From Bacilli bacterium (GTDB lineage: Bacteria > Bacillota_I > Bacilli_A > RFN20 > CAG-288), in NCBI GenBank assembly GCA_022647725.1, contig JALCLG010000001.1, positions 709-64,708 on the forward strand: a stretch of 64,000 bases of DNA, given 5' to 3'. Numbering within the stretch: the stretch's first letter is position 1; the number at the start of each line of letters is the position of its first letter. Positions 35,609 through 45,612 of this stretch are shown one piece after another. The notes under the pieces are model-generated. The model was given only the letters and a program-made list of their open reading frames with translations. It did not search any database and was not told where the DNA came from. Position numbers and translations under genes: made by a program.

Positions 35609-35694
35609 GATTTGCCTCGATTGTTACTCGAAAAGTATAGCACATTTTGGCTTTTTTGCCAAAAAGAGAAGAAAAACATTAAAAAATCAAAAGA

Positions 35695-36201
35695 TTAATG
35701 ATACGACGACATTGCCGCATAGGAGGCTTGTTCGTTGTCTGTATGGGCAGCATCGACGGCCAAGGCCAAGGCCAAGACCAGAAGCTCGTTATCCGGGTTC
35801 GGGGTGTCGATATAGAAGACATTGGCCCAGGAGAAAATCTTCCGGGAGATGGTGGCAATGAGGAAATCCTGCTGGCGGATGGTGTAGTCCCATTCCATCA
35901 TATTGCCAACGATGTCCCAGCCATTGAAGTCCACCTGATAATGAGGATGGAAGAAGGAAAGCTTCTCCTGGATCATGCCTTTCTGTTCGCCATGGATGAT
36001 GATATCGAACTTCTTGAAGAAGAGAGTCCAGACATGCTCCTTGATGAAGGCAACTTCCTGGTGCTTATCATCATAGATATGGATCTTGTGGCCGAGCGAG
36101 AAGAACTGGCCTTCCACAAAATACTTCACTTTCTGATTCTCATCGGTAACATCGTACGTCTCTTTCCAGCTGAAGATCCGCTGGCGAATGCATAAGGCCA
36201 T
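35695..36201 (-). CDS. LURP-one-related / YxjI family (tubby C-terminal-like) protein
   Basis: IRQRIFSWKETYDVTDENQKVKYFVEGQFFSLGHKIHIYD matches the YxjI family pattern. Confidence 0.75.
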   Translation of the reverse strand: MALCIRQRIFSWKETYDVTDENQKVKYFVEGQFFSLGHKIHIYDDKHQEVAFIKEHVWTLFFKKFDIIIHGEQKGMIQEKLSFFHPHYQVDFNGWDIVGNMMEWDYTIRQQDFLIATISRKIFSWANVFYIDTPNPDNELLVLALALAVDAAHTDNEQASYAAMSSYH

Positions 36202-36214
36202 ATTTGTTGCTCCT

Positions 36215-38081
36215 TTAGGCGTTAAAGGGCAGCTTATCGATAAACGTTGCTAAGCTGGTCCGATCGTAATAGCTTTCCGGAGTGTTGAGGTAATAGTCCG
36301 GTGAGACGCCTTGATCCACGGAATAATAGGAACCGTTCTTAACATAGGAAATCTGATTGACACTGGAATACTGGAACAAAGTGCCGTTGGCCACGCCGGA
36401 ATGCTCGACGGCACAGGTGCCGCCGCTGGTCTGACCGATTAAGGTCACCTTGCCGGAAGAACGGAAAGCAAACGGGCAGAGATTGCCGCAGGAGAAGCTG
36501 GTCGGAGAGGTCAGGCAATAGACCTTATAATTTGCTAAGGTATCCTTGTCATCAAAGGTCCCATCGAGATTGACATCCGATTGGTAGACCGCCGAGCCCT
36601 GAGCATTGCACATAATATTGTTGATGCTGATGGTTCCTTTCCCCAGGACCCAGCTTAACAGATAAGCAGCCGCATCGAAGGCACCGCCGCCATTGCAGCT
36701 AAGATCAATGACGACGTTCTTGATCGGACTGTCGGTTCTCGTAATCTGGGAATGGGCATATTCGATGATACCGAAAGTATCCGCGCTGTCTTTCGTGGGC
36801 CGGGTGGTATAGTACTGATCATCCTGGAAGACCTTGAATTCATCAAAGGTGATATAGGCGGTATCGGTATTGACTTCCTGATAGAAAGGAAGCGTTTCCG
36901 AACCTAAGGCGCCTAATTTTTTCGTCCGGGCATCGGAATACTGGGTCATGGCTTTCGACTGCACCAAATAGGGTTCGGGAAGATCCGATTGGATATTGCC
37001 CAGGTCCGCATCCTTGCCGGCATAATAGGAATTTTCAAGATAACCGGAATGATAATCTCCTAAATAGCCAAAGGTGATAATTTTAAGAGCCCGATCAAAG
37101 ACGACAGGGTCGGTAGAGAGCAGTTTTTCCTTATATCCGATATTTTCAAAATAGGTATCAAAAGAGGTAACGTGATGCTCCTTCTTCAGACCATAGAGAT
37201 AATCCATGTTCATTACCAATTCATGGTAGCAGAACTCCGCTAAGGCCTGACTCCGTGGACCGGTACTCTGAGCGAAGTATTTATCGCTTAAGAGACCCAC
37301 ACCGCTCCCGGTGATCAGGAAAAGATTTTGGCTATTGTCGAGTATCGTCAGACCCAGGCCTTCCAAGAAGAAATCAGATAAGAGCTGCAGCGGAATCACG
37401 CCTTGGTCATCTTTGACATAGATGGGAACCTGATAGGCGTTCAGATCCAAGGTCACGGACTGACCCTGGCGCTGGCTGAACCCGATTCGCTTGAGATAGC
37501 GGGGATTCCCGGAAGCATCCTTTATGTTCATGGTCACCAAATCGCAGGAACCGGCCGAGAATGACTTTTGGAACAGGCTGGCATAATCCGTGAAGGTCAG
37601 CGTTTGGTTGATAAAGTCAAAGATGGCTTTTGCACCATTGTCGCGGGTCAAGGTCATCACGCCATCGGCCGAAGACAACGTAAAGGACGAGGCAGAATCC
37701 TGGTATATGTTAGTGAAAATCAGATTCAATAAGCCTGCCGAGTCAACAAGACTGAGATAGGGAATGTCCTCGTGAACCATCACAGGCATAAACTGTCATG
37801 GGAGTGCTGGCTCCCTCAGAAAGAAGATACATGCTCCTTGATTTTGAGGTAATTGTCGTCGTTTTCAGAGTCGGTGCCGTCGAGGCCGAGCCAGCGGAAG
37901 CCGAGGCAGAGGCCGGCGAGGTCACTTCCGACGAAGCGGAGGGAGAAGTAGAAGGAGTAACGGAAGCTGCCGGAGAAGCACTGACCGAGGCTGTCGGACA
38001 GGCCGAGCTTCCCTTTTTACAACCCGTCACCATAAAAGCGGTCAAAGCCAACGCCACTAACGCTGTCATTTTCTTTGCCAT
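36215..38081 (-). pseudogene. S41 family peptidase lipoprotein (paralog 3) with a 1-nt frame break near 37790-37792
   Basis: The signal, lipobox (MAKKMTALVALALTAFMVTGC) and linker are in the ORF 37743-38141 frame. The catalytic part (DLSCNGGG, TSPTSFSCGN) is in ORF 36215-37789. Length is 3n+1. Confidence 0.75.
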
Positions 38082-38267
38082 AATGAGATCCTTGCTGTGG
38101 AGCTTGACGCTTCCACTCAACTTCTTTATTATACTAAACATAAATTTTGTTAGTAGTGAATAACAGTGGAAAAGCCTGTGTTTCGGTCAAGTTGTGACAT
38201 TTGTCCTATTTTCCCAAGAGAACAAAAAATCTCAGGAAGCGTCTCCTGAGATTTCATAGCGTTGCTT

Positions 38268-40376
38268 TCAGTATTTCAGTTCCAGGAACTTTTCCTGGGC
38301 ATTGATGCTTTCGCCAATCACGTCTTTGGCTTGATAAGTGCCATCCGGAAGGATGATCCGGGCTTTGACATTATCGCTTAGGAGGACATCCAGAATCTTG
38401 CTGATCCGAGAAGCGATTTCCTTATCGAAGACAGGGGTCGCGATCTCGACACGCTTATCCGTATTGCGGGTCATCAGGTCGGCGCTGGCAATATAGACTT
38501 TCTCTTGATCGCCCTGGCCGAAGCAGTAGATTCGCGAATGTTCCAAAAAGCGCCCGACGATGGAGGTCACATGCAAGTTATCGGTCTTGCCCGGCAGTCC
38601 CGGACGGAGACAGCAGATTCCCCGGACCAGCAGATCGACTTTGACACCAGCCTGATAGGCCTGGTAGATCTTATCGATCATCTCCTTATCGGTCAAAGAA
38701 TTGAACTTGGCCTTGAAGACCGCCGGCTGATGTGCCTTGGCCAAAGCAATCTGCTCATCTAGAAGGCTGAGGAGCCCCTTCTTCAGGCCCTGTGGCGCAA
38801 TGAGAAGCTTCTTGTAATGATAGGCAATGTTGCAGATGGCGATGTTACGGAAGAAGGCATTGCCATCTTCACCAATCTGTTTATCCGCCGTGAGAATGTT
38901 AAGGTCGGTGTAGAGCTTAGCTGTGCTTTCATTATAGTTACCAGTACCCAGATGTGTTATGTAAGAAATCTGGCCGTTGTCGTTAAGAAGAATCTGGAAA
39001 ATCTTCGAATGGACTTTGAAGTTCTCCATCCCGTAAATGATGCTGCAGCCAGCCTCTTTCAGCTCCTCGGCAAAATAGAGATTGTTTTCCTCGTCAAAGC
39101 GGGCGCAAAGTTCAATCACGACAGTGACATCCTTGCCGTTCTCACTGGCCTTCTTGAGAGCCTCAACGATTTTGGAATGGCTGTCCAGACGGTAGATGGT
39201 CATCTTGATGGAGACGACCCGCTTATCGCTGGCGGCCTGATCGAGCAGGTTGATGACCGTGTCCATCGAATCATAAGGGTAGAAAAGGAAGACATCCTTC
39301 TTGCGAATCACATCAATCAGATTTGCCGGAGGAACGAGGTCTTTTTCAACCCGGCCTTTGAAGGGCGGATACTTTAAGGAAAGGGCCTTCTCATCCGGAA
39401 GGTAGGAGCCGACTTTATAGAGGAACTTATAATCGAGATAATATTTGGTCTTGAAACATTGTGCCTTCTTCAGGCCTAACGTCTTGAGGACAAAAGAACG
39501 AATGGAGGGCGAATCCTTATCGATTTCCACCCGGACCGGATCCATAGTGAAGCGGGATTCAACCTTGCTCTTCATATAGGCCTGGAAGTCAAAGTTGCGT
39601 TCCAGTTCGGCGTCATCGATGTTGATGTCGAAATCGGCATTGCGGGTAACCCGGAGGAGAGCTTTCTCTTTGACATGATAACCCGGGAAGGCATCATCGC
39701 CGAAGGCCTTGATAAGATCTTCGGCCGTGATGAGGATTGTTTTCTTCTTGCCACTTAAAGGATAAAGACGGTTGACGGTATCGGGAATGCCTAAGATGCC
39801 CATCATCGAACGGCTTCCTTTTTCCAGCTCCATCATCATGTAAATGTGGTTGTTATCAAAGCGGACTAAAGGATGCTTGGCATCCAGAACCATCGGCGAA
39901 AGGAGCGGCAGGATATCATCCGTGAAGATGGCATGGGCTTCCTGCAGGCGGTCTTTCTTAAGATCATCCGGCTTGATTAAGGAGATGCCGTTAGCTTCCA
40001 GTTCTTCCGTCAGACGATGGAAAACCTGGTCGCTTTCGCCATAAAGCTTCTTGATGCGTTTCAGCAGTCCGTGGATCTGTTCCTGAGCGGTGAGATCGGT
40101 TTTGTTTTCCCGGGCATCAGGATTGAGGCGGCCATCATTGGTGAGAGAGCCGATGCGGACCATGAAGAACTCGTCGAGGTTGGAATGGAAGATGGCAAAG
40201 AACTTCAGCCGTTCCAGAAGCGGGTTGCGAAGATCATCGGCTTGGTCCAGGACCCGGCGGTCAAACTGGAGCCAGGAATATTCCCGGTTGCAGTAAATTC
40301 CTTTGAGAAAGGGGTTGTCTTCCTTTTCTTTGGTTTCCACGGCACGTTCCGGAATCGTAGATATTTTCTTTTTCAT
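38268..40376 (-). CDS. ppk1: Polyphosphate kinase 1
   Basis: The 702-aa ORF has the N-terminal signature NRELSWLQFDRRVL-like (NREYSWLQFDRRVLDQA) and tandem PLD-like C-terminal domains. Confidence 0.9.
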   Translation of the reverse strand: MKKKISTIPERAVETKEKEDNPFLKGIYCNREYSWLQFDRRVLDQADDLRNPLLERLKFFAIFHSNLDEFFMVRIGSLTNDGRLNPDARENKTDLTAQEQIHGLLKRIKKLYGESDQVFHRLTEELEANGISLIKPDDLKKDRLQEAHAIFTDDILPLLSPMVLDAKHPLVRFDNNHIYMMMELEKGSRSMMGILGIPDTVNRLYPLSGKKKTILITAEDLIKAFGDDAFPGYHVKEKALLRVTRNADFDINIDDAELERNFDFQAYMKSKVESRFTMDPVRVEIDKDSPSIRSFVLKTLGLKKAQCFKTKYYLDYKFLYKVGSYLPDEKALSLKYPPFKGRVEKDLVPPANLIDVIRKKDVFLFYPYDSMDTVINLLDQAASDKRVVSIKMTIYRLDSHSKIVEALKKASENGKDVTVVIELCARFDEENNLYFAEELKEAGCSIIYGMENFKVHSKIFQILLNDNGQISYITHLGTGNYNESTAKLYTDLNILTADKQIGEDGNAFFRNIAICNIAYHYKKLLIAPQGLKKGLLSLLDEQIALAKAHQPAVFKAKFNSLTDKEMIDKIYQAYQAGVKVDLLVRGICCLRPGLPGKTDNLHVTSIVGRFLEHSRIYCFGQGDQEKVYIASADLMTRNTDKRVEIATPVFDKEIASRISKILDVLLSDNVKARIILPDGTYQAKDVIGESINAQEKFLELKY

Positions 40377-40445
40377 GGTTCGGTCCCCTCATTCAAAACA
40401 GGCGCCTTTTCGGACATCAAGGCTAATCCCATCCTTGCTGATGAT

Positions 40446-41582
40446 CTATTTGCTAACGACCGGCGCCTTGGCGTCAGCGGCAGCGGGCAGCTTCGTTTCA
40501 CTGACCGGGGCTTTGACTTTCTCGGCCTGTGGTTTGGCTACCGGTTTTGCCGGAACGGAAGGCTTTGCCGTTTTCTTAGCGGGAGCAGTGACTTTCTTCG
40601 GTTCGGCTTTCTTGTCGTCCTTCTTCTTGTCTTTCTTTTCTTTCTTCGGAGCAACATAATTGAGGTTCATCGGCAGGGCTTTTCTGGTGCCGGCAATGAT
40701 TTGTGAAAGATAACCTTCCTTTACACCGAAATCGGAGATGAAGATATTGGTGATGCCGAAGTACTTGAGAATGGTCTTGAGGATGATGGCCGAGGTCACC
40801 AAGGTATTGATCTTCTCCGGAGCATCCTTGAGAATCATCATGTTCCGATCCGGGGACTTCACCAATTTCTTGGCAAGCTTCTTATACTTTTCCGGATCCA
40901 TCCGCTTGTCGGCCTCGTTCCCTTTGACATTGAAATAATCCCGATAGACCTGATAAAGGGCCTGGCAAGTGGCACCGACCAGAATGGCAGTAGCAAAAGT
41001 GCCTTCCGGGTTGAAGGCCAGATGTTTCAGCTGCTTCTTCACATATTTCTTAATGGCATCCGCTTCTTCCTCGGTAGGAAGGATGTCTTTGACGAAGCGT
41101 TTATTCAGGGTAGCCGCTCCAAAGCCTAAGAAGGTCGAACCATGCGCCTGCGGGGCGGAGAAGTCAGCTAATTCGATGCTGCCACCGCCTAAGTCAATCA
41201 ATAAGGCTTTCTCAAAGGATTCATAGCGGACATTGGAAAGGTAATCGGCCTGGGCTTCGCTGTTGCCATCGAGGACATCGATGGTGATGCCCATCTTCTC
41301 CTTGATTTTGGCTTCAACTTTGTCAGAATTTCTGAAGGTTCTCACCGAAGCCGTTGAGATCACATAGCAGCGGTCAACTTTCTCCTCTTTGACAATCTCT
41401 TTCATTTCTTCCAAAGCCTTGAGCAATTTATGGAGTCCCTCTTTGGAAAGCTTATCGTTCTTGGCATAGTTGAGAATGGAGACATTGATTCGCTTCCGCA
41501 GGGTGACGTTAAAAGCCTTATCGCCTTCGGCAACGAGCAAAGAAACTGAGATCGAACTGATATCAATCACCGCATATTTCAT
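40446..41582 (-). CDS. ppx: Ppx/GppA family exopolyphosphatase with a Lys/Ala/Pro-rich basic C-terminal tail
   Basis: GGAGAA RBS. The N-terminus is MKYAVIDISSISVSLLV (ASKHA), with DLGGGSIEL. The last 70 aa or so read KKEKKDKKKDDKKAEPKKVTAPAKKTAKP... Confidence 0.8.
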   Translation of the reverse strand: MKYAVIDISSISVSLLVAEGDKAFNVTLRKRINVSILNYAKNDKLSKEGLHKLLKALEEMKEIVKEEKVDRCYVISTASVRTFRNSDKVEAKIKEKMGITIDVLDGNSEAQADYLSNVRYESFEKALLIDLGGGSIELADFSAPQAHGSTFLGFGAATLNKRFVKDILPTEEEADAIKKYVKKQLKHLAFNPEGTFATAILVGATCQALYQVYRDYFNVKGNEADKRMDPEKYKKLAKKLVKSPDRNMMILKDAPEKINTLVTSAIILKTILKYFGITNIFISDFGVKEGYLSQIIAGTRKALPMNLNYVAPKKEKKDKKKDDKKAEPKKVTAPAKKTAKPSVPAKPVAKPQAEKVKAPVSETKLPAAADAKAPVVSK

Positions 41583-41598
41583 AATCCGTTCTCCTTTT

Positions 41599-42669
41599 TT
41601 AATCACCGAAGCTGATGCCTATGGACCGGGCAGCCTGCACCATCGGATCATCCGGGGTGACTTGCTTCGACTTGCCGGCAATCTCACTTAAGGCATTGTA
41701 GGTAACCTTGTTGCCGTTTAAGGCAACCGTCACGCCAAAGGTCTTCTTCAGAACCAGCTTGCCGGCATAGGCCCCCATCCAGGTGCAGATGTCGCGATCA
41801 TAGGCATCCGGGGTTCCGCCGCGTTGCACATAGCCGATAATCTGTGTTCTCGTTTCAACACCGGTGGCTTCCTGAATCTGGGCAGCCAGTCTTCCGGTGG
41901 CATTGCCGATGCCTTTGGCCTGCCGAGCAGCTAACCAGTCCGCCCGTTTCATCTTGGCTTCTTCTTTGGTCAGAGCACCTTCGGCAATGGCAATGATGCC
42001 ATAGCCATCGCCATGAGCAATCTTTTTCTTAAGAAAATCAATCACTTTCTTCTCATCATAGGGGATTTCCGGAAGAATAATCATATCAACTCCAGAGGCA
42101 ACACCGGCATAAAGCGTCAGCCAGCCAACCTTGTTTCCCATCACTTCCGCAAGGAAGATTCGGCTATGGCTTCTTGCAGTAGAGACCAGTCGGTCAATCG
42201 TCTCACTGGCCCGGTCAACTGCCGTATGGAAACCAAAGGTGCAGTCCGTTCCCCAAAGATCGTTGTCGATGGTCTTCGGTAGACCGACGACGTTCAGGCC
42301 TTCCGAAGCTAACAGTGCGGCCGTCTTATGGGTGCCGCATCCCCCTAAAGTGACGAGACAATCCAGTTTGTCTTTCTTATAGTTCTTCACCATCTTCTCC
42401 AGCTTGGTCTGGCCTGTTTCATCGGCGACGGTCATCATTTTGAAAGGCTGACGCTTGCTGCCAAGCATCGTTCCGCCTTCTAAGAGCAGCCCGGCAAAGT
42501 CGGCATCATCGAGCTTCCGGTAATCGTTATTGATAAGCCCGGTATAGCCGTCAATGAAGCCGATGATCTCACTTTTCGGATCTTTGAGGGTCACATAGCG
42601 GACAAAGGCCCGCATCGTGGCATCCAGTCCCGGACAGTCTCCTCCGCTGGTCAGCATTCCGATTTTCAT
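41599..42669 (-). CDS. pfkA: 6-phosphofructokinase (PfkA family) with a non-canonical GGCG motif
   Basis: MKIGMLTSGGDCPGL, PKTIDNDL and YVQRGG motifs are present. The GGDG motif reads LGGCGT. Confidence 0.85.
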   Translation of the reverse strand: MKIGMLTSGGDCPGLDATMRAFVRYVTLKDPKSEIIGFIDGYTGLINNDYRKLDDADFAGLLLEGGTMLGSKRQPFKMMTVADETGQTKLEKMVKNYKKDKLDCLVTLGGCGTHKTAALLASEGLNVVGLPKTIDNDLWGTDCTFGFHTAVDRASETIDRLVSTARSHSRIFLAEVMGNKVGWLTLYAGVASGVDMIILPEIPYDEKKVIDFLKKKIAHGDGYGIIAIAEGALTKEEAKMKRADWLAARQAKGIGNATGRLAAQIQEATGVETRTQIIGYVQRGGTPDAYDRDICTWMGAYAGKLVLKKTFGVTVALNGNKVTYNALSEIAGKSKQVTPDDPMVQAARSIGISFGD

Positions 42670-42825
42670 TGGTTTTCGTCCTCCTTTACTCTTCCCTTGT
42701 CTTCTATTATATATCTACTTTACTCTAGTACGAAACTTAAGCGATAGCAGCAGAATCGTTCGATTTTACAATTTTAAGCCGGAGACCTGCCGTTTTCATG
42801 GGTTTGCTTCTATAATGGAAATACG

Positions 42826-43392
42826 ATGAAAAAGAAGAATACCCCGGTAGCGGAAAAAGAGTCCTGTCCCAAAATTGTTCCGGTCCTGACGACGGCACGG
42901 CTGACCTTACGGCCGGCCCAGCTGGAAGATGCTCCGGCTGTTTTCGACTGGTCTCACTCTCCGGAAGCCACGCACTATCTTTTCTGGCTGCCACATCGGA
43001 CTCCGGAAGATTCCAAGCGGCTGGTGGCTGTCTGGGTCCGGAAACGCTGCCATTATTCCTGGCTTTTAGATGACCATCATAGGGCAATCGGGGAGATTGA
43101 GCTGATCAAAGATCTTCCAAATCAAGGTGCGATGATCGGCTATATTCTCGTGCCAACGGCCTGGCATCAAGGCTATATGAAAGAGGCCTTGGCTTCCGTC
43201 TTGGATTATCTTCCTAAAGTTGGCTATCGTTATGCTCAGGCGGAGACGGACAAAGAGAACCTAGCTTCCATTCATTTGCTGCAGGCGATGGGATTTGTTC
43301 CTTACGGCAAGGAAGAGCCCTACTTCATTGCCAAGAAGAACACCACCATTACTTTGGTACGCTTCCGAAAGGAACTCCTGCCCTCTTGCTGA
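42826..43392 (+). CDS. GNAT family N-acetyltransferase (RimJ/RimL-like)
   Basis: TARLTLRPAQLEDAPAVFDW is followed by a GNAT core. Confidence 0.75.
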   Translation: MKKKNTPVAEKESCPKIVPVLTTARLTLRPAQLEDAPAVFDWSHSPEATHYLFWLPHRTPEDSKRLVAVWVRKRCHYSWLLDDHHRAIGEIELIKDLPNQGAMIGYILVPTAWHQGYMKEALASVLDYLPKVGYRYAQAETDKENLASIHLLQAMGFVPYGKEEPYFIAKKNTTITLVRFRKELLPSC

Positions 43393-43574
43393 TTCCTTTC
43401 AGGAGCTTTAGGAAAGAAAGTTATACTCTTTTATGAAAAGCCTGTTCACGATAAGCAGCTATTTCTTGTATAATAGAAACAGTTGTTGCTTTTTGCTTTC
43501 AAAAATAAGATAGCTTGCTGTTAGCCGAAGCTGACTCACTTTCCCGAAGATGATCAGAAGGGAGGAAGACTGTC

Positions 43575-44234
43575 ATGGATGTCTTGGTTAGCATGATGTG
43601 TCGTCATGCCGTCCGTCAGTATCAGAAAACACCCATTGAAAAGGACAAGCAAAAGACCCTCAGGGATGCCTTGATTCTCTCCAACGAGAAAAGCGGTCTC
43701 CACAGCCAGTTCTGCTTCGATGAACCTGGCGCTTTTGATTGTTTTCTCTCCCGCTACGGACGTTTCGAGAATGTCCGCAACTATCTGGCTTTGATTGGCA
43801 AGAAATCGGATCAGGAAAAAGCCGGCTATGAAGGCGAAAAGCTAGTGATTCTAGCTCAGTCCTTGGGACTGAACTCCTGCTGGGTGGGAATGTCCTATCA
43901 GAAGAGCTCCGTTCCGATCAATATTCCTGCCGGCGAAAAATTGCTTTGTGTGGTGGCGTTAGGCTATGGTCAGAATGTTGGGGTCAGCCATCCCAACAAC
44001 AAGAGCCTGAAAAAGCTGCTGATCCTGGAAGGCAAGAAGCCGGATTATCTCGAACAGGCGATGCAGGCCGTCTTATTGGCACCAACGGCGATGAATCAGC
44101 AGAAGTTCAGGATTTCCATCAAAGATGGCAAACCTTCGATTGCCGTACATGGGCATGGTCCCTATGTCAAGGTGGATCTTGGCATCGTCAAATACCACTT
44201 TGAGGCAGTCAGCGGGGTGACGATGGAAGGTTAG
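43575..44234 (+). CDS. Nitroreductase family protein
   Basis: GGGAGGAAG RBS. CRHAVRQYQKTPI and LLAPTAMNQQ motifs are present. Confidence 0.7.
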   Translation: MDVLVSMMCRHAVRQYQKTPIEKDKQKTLRDALILSNEKSGLHSQFCFDEPGAFDCFLSRYGRFENVRNYLALIGKKSDQEKAGYEGEKLVILAQSLGLNSCWVGMSYQKSSVPINIPAGEKLLCVVALGYGQNVGVSHPNNKSLKKLLILEGKKPDYLEQAMQAVLLAPTAMNQQKFRISIKDGKPSIAVHGHGPYVKVDLGIVKYHFEAVSGVTMEG

Positions 44235-44479
44235 TGGGGTTGATTAGCATTTTCAGAAAATGTTTTCTTGCAGTGAATAAATTGAAAAGACTAGACAGAC
44301 TTTGCTAATATTTTACTTTGTTTATCGTAATTTTACCAATTTAGTCCAGCTATTTCGGTAATTTTTTTCACTTTAGTGAGGAAAAGCCAGATAAAAAGGT
44401 GAAAAAAAGAAAATTAAATTAGGAACGATTAACTAAAAGATTTTATATAATAACTATTATTCATTAAAGAAACTATTTT

Positions 44480-45543
44480 ATGGAATTTGGAACCTTTGTC
44501 GCTCAACGCCGAAAAAAGCTAGGTGTCAGCCAGAATGAATTGCTAACTATTTAGGGTATTCGGATTCGGCCATCAGTAAGAGGGAAATCTCCGCTTCCTA
44601 TCCGCCAATCACCTTGATTCCAGCCTTAGCCAACCATCTTTTTCTCTCGGTCGATAGTCTCCTTAACCGGGAAATCAATCCGCCGCCCTTGCTCAATCCC
44701 AACCCGGATTTCAACTTTGACCAAGTCACGCATAATCTCATTGCCTTACGTCTCTCCCATAACCTGACCCAAAGTCAGGAAGGCGATGTTTTCCATGTTA
44801 CGAAACGGACCATCATCAATTACGAAAAAGGCCTCTCCTATCCGACCGTTGATATTCTTGACAGTCTCTTAGCTTACTATCAGATTTCCGCCTCTGCTTT
44901 CTTCTATTCCTGCATCCATCCGGAAATCCATAGCCGGGCAGGTTCTTCCCGTCACTCTTTCCCGAAGCATCTAGCCATGGTGCTTTTAGGCGTGGTGATC
45001 GGCGGTGGCGTCATTTCCAGTATTTTGGTTCCGCAGCTGGTTGGCTCCCGCTCCTCTTCTTCCACGGCCAGTGTTTCTGCGCCTTTCGGTGGTTCCTTTG
45101 TCAGTTCCAGTGACAGCACTTCCGCCTCCGATTCGGCCTCAGAGTCCACGCCTTCGTCAGCTGTCAGCCCCTATTTGGACTATGTGAAGGATCTCCGCGT
45201 CATTACCACCAACGGAAATAAAAACAGCGTTACCATGCAAGCCACGGACACCTTAACCTTGACCGTTTATTCCGAAAGTTATGATTTCAATGATAGCAAC
45301 AAGAGCCGAGTTACGTTAAACTATTACTTGGATAAGTATGCCCCCGGAGTCGCCAAGCTGGCCCTGGTCGACACTCATTATCCGCAAGTGAACCTGACAG
45401 TCAGTGGACTGGCTAGCACTTCGACTTTCTTTGTTTGGGTCTATGCCTGCAGCGTCGATCACCCCAGTCAGGCCGATGGTTTCACCGGCAAGCCGATTGA
45501 AGTGACGGCCATTGGCAGCACTTCCAGTTTCATCGGCGGCTGA
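44480..45543 (+). pseudogene. Membrane-anchored protein with two XRE-type HTH domains, one TM, a Ser-rich linker and an extracellular domain; 1-nt frame break near 44542
   Basis: The ATG frame gives MEFGTFVAQRRKKLGVSQNELLTI*. Inserting one G restores ..ELANYLGYSDSAISKREISASYPPITLIPALANHLF.., which continues into ORF 44614-45543. Length is 3n+2. Confidence 0.65.
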
Positions 45544-45612
45544 TTTCTTTTGTTCTTTTAAAAGAGCAGAAAAGGATTTTACAAGAATCTTGGGCAGAAA
45601 AAGGTCATTACC

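Noticed and set aside
38505-40706. ORFs antisense to ppk1 and ppx (38505-38762, 38817-39377, 40017-40706, 40303-40659), and similar antisense ORFs at 212-844, 1060-1608, 8702-9280, 35698-36195, 15374-15886, 54044-54697 and 63266-63817.
   Set aside because: Each lies entirely within a well-supported gene on the other strand. They lack RBS and recognisable motifs, and their composition is typical of antisense frames.
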